A stretch of DNA of 55,665 bases, from positions 1 to 55,665 of the IMG/VR virus record IMGVR_UViG_3300030098_002838; one strand, written 5' to 3'. This DNA comes from a virus (Duplodnaviria; Caudoviricetes). A program made the translations under genes and the position numbers. This document shows, piece after piece, positions 47,910 through 55,665 of this stretch; position 1 is the stretch's first letter; each line of letters starts with the position of its first letter. The notes under the pieces are model-generated. The model had not been told where the DNA came from and ran no database searches. It was given only the letters and a program-made list of their open reading frames with translations.

Positions 47910-49303
47910 TGTCATACGAAGGAATACAAATACCAAAAATTTATGAAGCTCAAATGCCATCTACTGGTGGGGGAGCTTGGGATTTAGCTGAAAGACTTAT
48001 TCCTACAATGTTTAGTGCATATATAAGAGGTATGCAAAATGAAGAAGTAAATCAATTAAGAGCTGATACTACTATGTATAGTTCTATAGCAAATTCAGCT
48101 CAACATTATTTAGAACCAGAACCTATTGAAAATTTAATTGAGCAATTAACCCTAGAAAGAGATAACCAAGTTAAAAGTGGTGATTCAGTTAGAGCTAATT
48201 ATTTAAATGCAAATATAGCAGCTATGCAACCGTGGTTAACAACTCGTCAAAAACAAAAAGATGCTAGGGGATTAATTAATAGCATGGAAAAAGAAATGGA
48301 TGCTTTAGAAAATACTCCTGGCTATGAAGGAAAAGCATTAAACTTATTAAATGATATGCTTGAAAATCTAAATGAGTATGAACCATATTTTAATACTAGA
48401 ATGGTTAAAGATATAAATGAAGAGCAAAAAGAATTAAATGATAGGTTATCTGTTCTAAGTATATTAAGAGATATGGATGATAATAATTTATTAGAAGAAG
48501 AAGTAGATGGAATACAAATTAGTAGAGCTAAATATCCAAATGAAGAAAGTTATTTAAAAGCAAAACAAGCTGTAGATTTATTACAAATAGCAGTTCAAGG
48601 TAATCAAGTTGATAGTAAACTACTTAATCGTGGATTAATGTTGCACAATCAATCATTAAATGAATTTGGGGTAGCAAGTTCTGAACAAGCTAGAGTGAAA
48701 AAAGATTTACACAGTGCTGTTGTTGGCAATTTAGATAGACAATTAATGGCTTTAGAAAATAAATATGTAACTCCTAGAGGAGAAAATCCTGATTTTTATT
48801 TAGACGATACTATTATACAATCAGGTCTTATTCCAGATTTAAGAAAACAATTAAACATAACTGGAACTGGTGTTGATTCTAGAACATTAAAATTAATTAG
48901 AAATTATGCTTTAGGTAATGTTGCTAAAGTTCTTGAAAACACAAGTGGAGTACCTAAACAAATACAAGAAAGAATTACTAGGTGGACTAAAGCAGGTAAA
49001 CCTATGGGGCCACAAGGTGATATATTAATGGATGATATAGAAGAATATTTAGGATACTATAAGCCAACTTCAATAATTAAAAGAGAGTCTGTATTAGATG
49101 ATTTTAATTTTCCAGGCACAGGTGGTAAAGAAACAAACGCAGAACAATTTGTTCTTGGATATTTAGATTTTTTAAAGTCTCTTCAAGAATCTTCTGATGA
49201 ATTATATGATTTATGGGGATGGGGAAGAGAACAAAAAACTTCTTCTATGGGACAGACAAAACACCATTCTTCTGTATCTGCTTATATGGGGGGAAATCCT
49301 TAA
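47909..49303 (+). CDS. Putative ejection protein
   Basis: Helical; directly before the giant gene. Confidence 0.55.
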   Translation: MSYEGIQIPKIYEAQMPSTGGGAWDLAERLIPTMFSAYIRGMQNEEVNQLRADTTMYSSIANSAQHYLEPEPIENLIEQLTLERDNQVKSGDSVRANYLNANIAAMQPWLTTRQKQKDARGLINSMEKEMDALENTPGYEGKALNLLNDMLENLNEYEPYFNTRMVKDINEEQKELNDRLSVLSILRDMDDNNLLEEEVDGIQISRAKYPNEESYLKAKQAVDLLQIAVQGNQVDSKLLNRGLMLHNQSLNEFGVASSEQARVKKDLHSAVVGNLDRQLMALENKYVTPRGENPDFYLDDTIIQSGLIPDLRKQLNITGTGVDSRTLKLIRNYALGNVAKVLENTSGVPKQIQERITRWTKAGKPMGPQGDILMDDIEEYLGYYKPTSIIKRESVLDDFNFPGTGGKETNAEQFVLGYLDFLKSLQESSDELYDLWGWGREQKTSSMGQTKHHSSVSAYMGGNP

Positions 49304-49350
49304 CAAAAATTTAATTACTCAGTAGTAAATGTATATACGAGAGTTAATCT

Positions 49351-52300
49351 ATGCAACCGTTACCTTATTTTCAATTAGCTAGAGAATGGCAAGAAAATCT
49401 TCCAGATTTGTGGAACGATTCTGGAATATATGATTTAAGATATTCTGATGCCGATGGAAACTTTACAAGACCTTATCCAGAAGCAACAATTGATAGTCTG
49501 TCTGTTGAAGAACTACCAGTTATAAAACACAGAATAGATAATATTATAGCAGCTTATCCAGAGCTAAAAAAATATTCTTTAGAACACCAACCAGATTATG
49601 AATCTACAATAGGAGAGAGATTTTATTATGGTGCGTTTGACCCTATATGGAACAGAGGAGTAGAGGGAGCTCAATCTGCTTTGTCTTCTGGGCTTGGACA
49701 GCTTTATAGTAAAGATATTTATAGTGCAAATGAATTTGATAATCTTATTAGTAATTATACTGATTATCATAAAGACCGAAAAAACTGGATAGACAAAGGA
49801 TATATAACAGATGAAGACGAAATTGCTAAAATAGAAGATTTAGGTAGTTGGTTAGAAAAAGTACCAGATATTACTGAAAGAATTAAAGAAGGGGATAAAG
49901 AATATGTAAAATTAAATGAATTTATTCCTTATTCATATGATACAAAATATACACATAAAGAATTTGAAGGATTAGTTGGTACACCTGTTGTTGAAAGGAG
50001 AATGACTGATAAACAAGCAAGGTCTAAAACACTTAATCCCATTGAAGAAGCATTAAAAGAAAGCGCTGATTGGCTTCATAATGCGTCTAGAGAAAGAGCT
50101 AAACAATGGTTAAAAGAAAGAGAAGGAGATATTAGATTTAGTGCTTATCAAGACCATATGAGTGGTAAACCCGCTGGATTTTTTGCAAACTTTGTACCAA
50201 ATGAGTATTGGTTAGACACTCTTTTTGGATTAGTTCCTTCTGCTTTAGCTGTTTTAGGTGGAGCTGCAACTGGTATCGCTACTGCAAAAATTGCTGGCCC
50301 AGCTGCTGGTGCAAAAGTTGGGACAGCTGTTACTTTAGGATTAATGACTCCGATGGAAGCCACTGGTGAATATCAAGAAGCATATGAATATGCATTAAAA
50401 AAATATGGCGATGAAGACGTAGCTAAAGAAATTGCTAGAAACGCAACAGCTACTTATTTATCTATTATGGCTGCTACAGAATGGCTTCCAACTGGTAGAT
50501 TAATGAAAATGGCTATGCCGGCAAAAGCTGCTAGAGTAACTGCGCAGGGATTAAATAAAAGTATTTATCAAAAAATATTGCATGACCCCAACTTGGGAAG
50601 TATAATGCATCAAATAGGAGGAACAAAAGGAAGAAGATTTGCCTTTCACCTTCAAAATGCTACAAAGCAAGCTTTTGTTGAGGGAATGCAAGAGTTTACG
50701 CAATACTTAGGTTCAGTTGCAGTTCAAAGTGGATATAAAGATGAAACATTTTCAGATATATATGACCCTTCAGAAGCTGCTTCATCAATGTTAGGTGGTA
50801 TCATGTTTGGTGGTATACTTGGAGGTGGTGCTTCTGTTTATGGTGGTAAAGATGCATTTAAATTAGCCCAAGCCAAGTTAATAGGTGAAGAAATAACTCA
50901 ATATGGTGAAATATCTCCAGAAGAAATAGTTGGACTTAGACAAACAATTGTAGATGGCGAAACAGTTGGAGAAGTTGTTACTAAAGATATGTTGGAAAAA
51001 GAAGAAGCTGATACTAAGAAAAAAGAATACACAGGAAAACCACTATATAGACAATTACCAACAGAACAACAAGAAACAGATATTGTTCTTAGAAAAGCAG
51101 AACCATCATTAAGTGGGTTTGTATCTGAATTATTAAGTCCTAGAAAAGCAGGTAGAGCTGCTGTACCTAGAGAAGAGATAGAAGATAAAAAATTAAAAAC
51201 ACTTGTTAATAAACTAGATAAGTTCGGGCCTGGTAGGCAAGCAGAAAAATTAGTAGCTACATTACAACAAGGTGGTAAAGACTTTGTTGATTCTTTAGAA
51301 CCTGAACAAAGAGATAAAATTAATAGTGTATTAAAAGGCGCTATTGGAAATATAAACAAAGACGTTCTTGATGTTGTAAAAAATCCAGATAATTTAATAG
51401 AAGATGTATTAGCAGGTAAAATATCCATTGATTATGAAATTGATAAAGGTTCTGGTAAGATTGCTACACCACATAGAAAAACAGCATTAACTATAAAAGA
51501 TAAAGGATATGTATCAGACTTAACAAAAGACTATGAACAACAATTAATAGATGAGTTTGGAAAGACTCCAAGTGCTAAACAAGCTTCTGGGTGGTTTTCT
51601 AGAAATCTTCGATTAGATATTAGTGAAGATATGCTTAAAGAAGAGATTCAAAAAGATATAGAAAAACAAATTACTCAACCAAGCAAAGAAGAAATAGCAA
51701 AGTCTTTACAATCAGAAGCCTTTAAAGAATTTGCAGACCAAACATTTGCAAAGTTAGAAGGTGATAATATAGTAGATGAAAAGGGCAATTTAGAAAAAGG
51801 AGCTAAAGGTCTTACAGCTATGGTTGTTAGCGAAGACAGATACAAAGGTAAATACACTGGTCAAATTGGTGAAGTAGTAAAATTTGATAAAGGTGCTAAT
51901 AAGGTATTAATGAAAATGCCAGATGGAAAAACAATACCTTTTAGTGTTGGTACTGATATTGCTTTAACTCCAGAATCTGCTGAAGAGCAAGGTGTTACTG
52001 TTACTGCTCCAATTGAAGAAACAGATATAAAAGAAGATGTAAAAGCAGTTGATAAAAAAATATCTCAAGGAGTAGAAGAGGTATTACGACTTAGAGATGA
52101 AGTTGATAAAGGCGCTAAAGCAATAGAGAAAGCACAAGCTCAAAGAAAAACACCACCTAGTATGATTCCATTTGTTAAAATGCAAAAAGAATTATCAACT
52201 ATGCTTAAAGACCCAAATATTATAAAAGAATTAAAGGCCCGTGGTGAATTAGAATCTGTTCAAAAGTTTATTGAAGAAGACAAACCATCTCCACCTCCAA

Positions 52301-55300
52301 CAGAACCAAAAGATGCAGAAAGTCAAGCTAAAAAAAGATTTCATGATGTTGGAAAAAGTTATGATGAAGATTCTCCTGTAGCAACTAAGAAAGTTATTGA
52401 AAAAGCAATGAAAGATATTATGGGGCCACATGCTCCAGATGTTGAATCTGTTCTTGTTAATGAAATTAAAGAAAATCCTAACGCAGTTGGTTCTTATGTT
52501 GATGGTATGTTGCAATTTGTATTGGGTGAAGCTACTGAACAGACAGCAGTCCATGAACCAGTTCATTGGTTTTTAAATAGAATACTTACTGAAGAAGAAT
52601 ATGCTTTCTTAGCAGAAGAGTTTAAGGGTGAAAATCCTATAGAAACAGAAGAAAATATGGCTGATGCAGCTACTCAATTCTATTTTGATAGTAAAACATT
52701 TGTTGGAAAAATAAAGAACATACTAAAGAGATTCTGGAAAGCAGTACAAGCATTTTTTGATAGTTCAATAAATGATGAAATGACTGTGTTTGATTTGTTT
52801 AGCAGAATAGGTAGAGACTTTGAGGAAAAAGTATATAAAGACAATTTTGATGCTTTAAATATTAATACATCATTGGTTGAATTAAATACAAGCCAAATGA
52901 CTAAAATAGAATCACCAGAAGCAGATGTAAAAACATATAATGATTTATTTAAAAAACCCAAGAGTGAATATACTCCAAGAGATAGAAAAATATTTAACCA
53001 TATTCATAGCGACTTACCAACAATAAGAAGCTCTTCTAGTTTACCAAAGTTACCTATAAATCAAAATGTTCTTAAACAAGCAATGGATACTCCATTTGCT
53101 TATAGATTTGTAGAAAATATATTAAAAATGGGAAACAAAATAAGTCTATCTCAACCATTTCCAACTAAAGGTATTTCTAAATATGAAAAATATGCTGTTG
53201 ATAGATTATATAATGATATTATAGAAGATGCTGAATTTAAAGATAAAAAATCAATTGATACTGAAGACCTTGTAGATAAGTATGAAAATTATATACAACT
53301 AGAATTTCCTCTTAATTCTTATATGGTAAGATACCAAAAAGATAATTTAGATAAAGATGGAATGGCTTTTCCTATGCTTTATAAAAAATTTATTAGTAAA
53401 GATATAACAAAAGTTTATTCTGAAAGAATTATGACTACTGATGATAATTTTTATTTAGGACAACAACATGGATTTTATTTAGAAGGAACGATGGGTGAAA
53501 TGCCAACAGGAGCTCCAGTTCAAAAAATTAATGGATATGGATGGTTTGTTTATGTTGAACATGATGTTGCAAAAGGTTCGATTCAAATACCTCCAATAAA
53601 GCTGTCAATAATGTATGAAATACAAAGAGATATTGACAAAATGCTTATAAAGAAAAAAGAACCGCAAGAACAAATTGAACCTACAATAAGAGGATATACA
53701 AAAAAGGAAATAGAAAGAATAGAAAAAGGAGAAGTAATAACAACAGGTAAACAAATTACTTCATTAATGGAAGACTACGTAGCCATTGTTGAAAAAAGGA
53801 TTCAAACATCAATGCAATTTGCTGGCGAACAAGGATTAAGAAATTTTCTAAAAAGACCTTTTACATATACATCGCCTGAATGGCCAGATATAATAAGAGC
53901 AATTAAAAGTCCAACACTTGATGGTGTTGATATTGATATGATTATTAAGAAAGCTGGATATAAAAATAAAATTAAAACTTTTTTAGATGAAGCAAGTGAA
54001 GATGATAAAATAAAAATTAAAAAACAATATTATAATGGATATGTTGCAGAATTAAAAAACAGTTTAGATTTATTAAGAGAGAATGTTAAACAATCAACTA
54101 GGCACGCTGTTGCTGAAAGATTAGATACATCTCTTAGATGGCAAGTTGCTGGTTTGGTTAAAGAAGAATCAGAAAAACCTTACCATATTGCTAAGTTAGG
54201 TCGAGAAGTTACAAGTCAACCAGACTATATTTATTGGGATGGGAAATATGCTCCAGACGTTGTAGCTGATAAAATATTAGATGCTTTATCTCCATATTTA
54301 TCAGAACATGGTAAATTGTATAAAAGTAAAGTAAAAGATTTTACTAAAAAACTTGCTATTGGTACTTTACCTGGCGAAAAGGGAAGTATTCAACAACTTG
54401 AAAATCATAAGTCGTTTTATAAAATACGAGAAAATCAAGATTTTACTAATATATTATATCCATATAAAGATAAAGGAGAAGTTACACAAATTCCAGATAC
54501 TGCTCTTGTATCTTTGCCGATGGATAAAAACAAAAGAATATTAGCAGTAAAACAAATATTAACTAAAATAAGAATTAAACCTCAAGCAATAAAAAGACTT
54601 ATTTCTCAATTAGATAAATATGATAATTATTCAAATAAATTTAAAAATAAAGATGAACATTCAAAGGGAAACAAAGATGAAACTTTACAATTTAACGAAC
54701 CCGAATGGATAAAAATTGATGGAAATTATATTCAAAGAAAGTTTGTAAGTCCAGAAATAACTGATGATGTAAGTTTGTCAAGAGCTATTTTAACTGGATT
54801 GCTCCAAATGGAAAAATTTTTAAGAGCAATAGCTTATGATAGAGACCTAAATACAGTTTCTCATATAGGTAAAGAAACAAATTCAGGAATGTATCCTGAC
54901 CATAACATTTCACAATATGACGCATTTCATGAACAGTCCGTTGAAGATAGATTAAAATCGGAAAAATGGGATATAGAGGTAGGAGATTTAAAACAGCAAA
55001 GAAAAAATCTCATGTATGTGATTAATAGAGAAATCGGTTTAAAACAAAAACAAAAACAATCTGTAGACCGACAAATTGCAATTAGTAAAAGAAGAATAAA
55101 AGCACTAGAGTCTAGATATAGTTTATTTAAAAGGGATTTTAAAAATATTGACCAAGCTATTGATTCGTGGGTTAATGAAGGAAATAGGCAATTAAGAGGG
55201 CTTTTAAAAGATAAACATACTTTAGCATTATTAGCAGAATATGATTCAACAATGCTTGAATCTATAAATAAAATTAAATTAATGGCTGAGACAAAACAAG

Positions 55301-55665
55301 ACCCTCAGACAGAAAGATTTTTAAATGAAGCAAAGACATTTAGACAAAAACAAGTATATACATATATATTAAAAGCAAAAGACAGAGGAATTTCCTTTGC
55401 TGGTTTTGGAGGAGCAAAAGCACATTCAAAACTTGAAGCTCAACTTGATAAATTTGAATCCACTTCTAGATTATATTTAAATGATTTTGAATTAAATGAC
55501 CCATACAGAGTTAAAACATATGAAGAATATCAATTGAAAAAGGTTGGTGATGGTGGAAATTTAGCACTTGTTGATAAGATTTTTGGATTAACAGAAGGAA
55601 ATCATTTAAAAACAGATGATATGCTTTTAAAAGAACTTCGTTCAATGATTCCAGAACAAATTATT
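49351..55665 (+). CDS. Giant virion/ejection polyprotein, N-terminal part (hydrophobic segments, KOW-like motif, HExxH zincin); continues across the junction into 1..4989, total 3731 aa
   Basis: ATG at 49351 (MQPLPYFQLAREW); frame 1 stays open to the window end, so the ORF track omits it; unit length is divisible by 3, so it is in frame with 64..4989; HEPVH at 52552-52566. Confidence 0.9.
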   Translation, partial: MQPLPYFQLAREWQENLPDLWNDSGIYDLRYSDADGNFTRPYPEATIDSLSVEELPVIKHRIDNIIAAYPELKKYSLEHQPDYESTIGERFYYGAFDPIWNRGVEGAQSALSSGLGQLYSKDIYSANEFDNLISNYTDYHKDRKNWIDKGYITDEDEIAKIEDLGSWLEKVPDITERIKEGDKEYVKLNEFIPYSYDTKYTHKEFEGLVGTPVVERRMTDKQARSKTLNPIEEALKESADWLHNASRERAKQWLKEREGDIRFSAYQDHMSGKPAGFFANFVPNEYWLDTLFGLVPSALAVLGGAATGIATAKIAGPAAGAKVGTAVTLGLMTPMEATGEYQEAYEYALKKYGDEDVAKEIARNATATYLSIMAATEWLPTGRLMKMAMPAKAARVTAQGLNKSIYQKILHDPNLGSIMHQIGGTKGRRFAFHLQNATKQAFVEGMQEFTQYLGSVAVQSGYKDETFSDIYDPSEAASSMLGGIMFGGILGGGASVYGGKDAFKLAQAKLIGEEITQYGEISPEEIVGLRQTIVDGETVGEVVTKDMLEKEEADTKKKEYTGKPLYRQLPTEQQETDIVLRKAEPSLSGFVSELLSPRKAGRAAVPREEIEDKKLKTLVNKLDKFGPGRQAEKLVATLQQGGKDFVDSLEPEQRDKINSVLKGAIGNINKDVLDVVKNPDNLIEDVLAGKISIDYEIDKGSGKIATPHRKTALTIKDKGYVSDLTKDYEQQLIDEFGKTPSAKQASGWFSRNLRLDISEDMLKEEIQKDIEKQITQPSKEEIAKSLQSEAFKEFADQTFAKLEGDNIVDEKGNLEKGAKGLTAMVVSEDRYKGKYTGQIGEVVKFDKGANKVLMKMPDGKTIPFSVGTDIALTPESAEEQGVTVTAPIEETDIKEDVKAVDKKISQGVEEVLRLRDEVDKGAKAIEKAQAQRKTPPSMIPFVKMQKELSTMLKDPNIIKELKARGELESVQKFIEEDKPSPPPTEPKDAESQAKKRFHDVGKSYDEDSPVATKKVIEKAMKDIMGPHAPDVESVLVNEIKENPNAVGSYVDGMLQFVLGEATEQTAVHEPVHWFLNRILTEEEYAFLAEEFKGENPIETEENMADAATQFYFDSKTFVGKIKNILKRFWKAVQAFFDSSINDEMTVFDLFSRIGRDFEEKVYKDNFDALNINTSLVELNTSQMTKIESPEADVKTYNDLFKKPKSEYTPRDRKIFNHIHSDLPTIRSSSSLPKLPINQNVLKQAMDTPFAYRFVENILKMGNKISLSQPFPTKGISKYEKYAVDRLYNDIIEDAEFKDKKSIDTEDLVDKYENYIQLEFPLNSYMVRYQKDNLDKDGMAFPMLYKKFISKDITKVYSERIMTTDDNFYLGQQHGFYLEGTMGEMPTGAPVQKINGYGWFVYVEHDVAKGSIQIPPIKLSIMYEIQRDIDKMLIKKKEPQEQIEPTIRGYTKKEIERIEKGEVITTGKQITSLMEDYVAIVEKRIQTSMQFAGEQGLRNFLKRPFTYTSPEWPDIIRAIKSPTLDGVDIDMIIKKAGYKNKIKTFLDEASEDDKIKIKKQYYNGYVAELKNSLDLLRENVKQSTRHAVAERLDTSLRWQVAGLVKEESEKPYHIAKLGREVTSQPDYIYWDGKYAPDVVADKILDALSPYLSEHGKLYKSKVKDFTKKLAIGTLPGEKGSIQQLENHKSFYKIRENQDFTNILYPYKDKGEVTQIPDTALVSLPMDKNKRILAVKQILTKIRIKPQAIKRLISQLDKYDNYSNKFKNKDEHSKGNKDETLQFNEPEWIKIDGNYIQRKFVSPEITDDVSLSRAILTGLLQMEKFLRAIAYDRDLNTVSHIGKETNSGMYPDHNISQYDAFHEQSVEDRLKSEKWDIEVGDLKQQRKNLMYVINREIGLKQKQKQSVDRQIAISKRRIKALESRYSLFKRDFKNIDQAIDSWVNEGNRQLRGLLKDKHTLALLAEYDSTMLESINKIKLMAETKQDPQTERFLNEAKTFRQKQVYTYILKAKDRGISFAGFGGAKAHSKLEAQLDKFESTSRLYLNDFELNDPYRVKTYEEYQLKKVGDGGNLALVDKIFGLTEGNHLKTDDMLLKELRSMIPEQII
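55558..55665. repeat. Terminal direct repeat, copy 2 (circular assembly overlap)
   Basis: Matches 1-108 at 107/108 positions; unit length 55,557 bp. Confidence 0.97.

Noticed and set aside
49579-54544. Short ORFs in the track within this span, and other antisense or nested ORFs such as 1403-1660, 10310-10822 and 15409-15726
   Set aside because: They are shadow frames of longer, well-supported genes
1-55665. Stop-codon reassignment as in some crAss-like phages
   Set aside because: Long genes are intact in the standard code; TAA, TAG and TGA all end genes
1-55665. Prophage or integrative element
   Set aside because: No integrase, repressor cassette, att sites or flanking host genes; the contig is circular

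Overview
The window is a complete, circularly assembled, AT-rich genome of a tailed podovirus-like phage. Bases 1-108 repeat at 55558-55665 with one mismatch, so the unit length is 55,557 bp. It has two divergent arms. The minus-strand early/replication arm (22363 to 8737) carries many small ORFs, a Cas4-like exonuclease, a Rad52/Sak annealase, an SSB, a DUF932-like protein, an adenine MTase, DnaB and RuvC. The plus-strand late arm (22592 across the junction to 8666) carries TerS, a metallophosphoesterase, TerL, an M15 endolysin, portal, scaffold, capsid, tail/fibre, small membrane proteins and ejection proteins. The main finding is a 3731-aa gene that the ORF track misses because it crosses the junction (49351..55557 + 1..4989). 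It combines hydrophobic ejection-type segments, a KOW-like motif and a HExxH zincin with a full set of two-barrel RNA polymerase motifs (SDG, RxP, ADQDGD, AVDxxK). It is probably a crAss/phi14:2-type virion RNA polymerase, here in a small phage that has no recognisable DNA polymerase and uses Shine-Dalgarno and sigma70-type signals. Other unexplained features are a 580-nt non-coding array of seven back-to-back stem-loops, related structured leaders, a strongly enriched GGCCCG hexamer, and apparent avoidance of GATC and GGWCC. All calls come from reading motifs by eye; no searches or folding programs were run.
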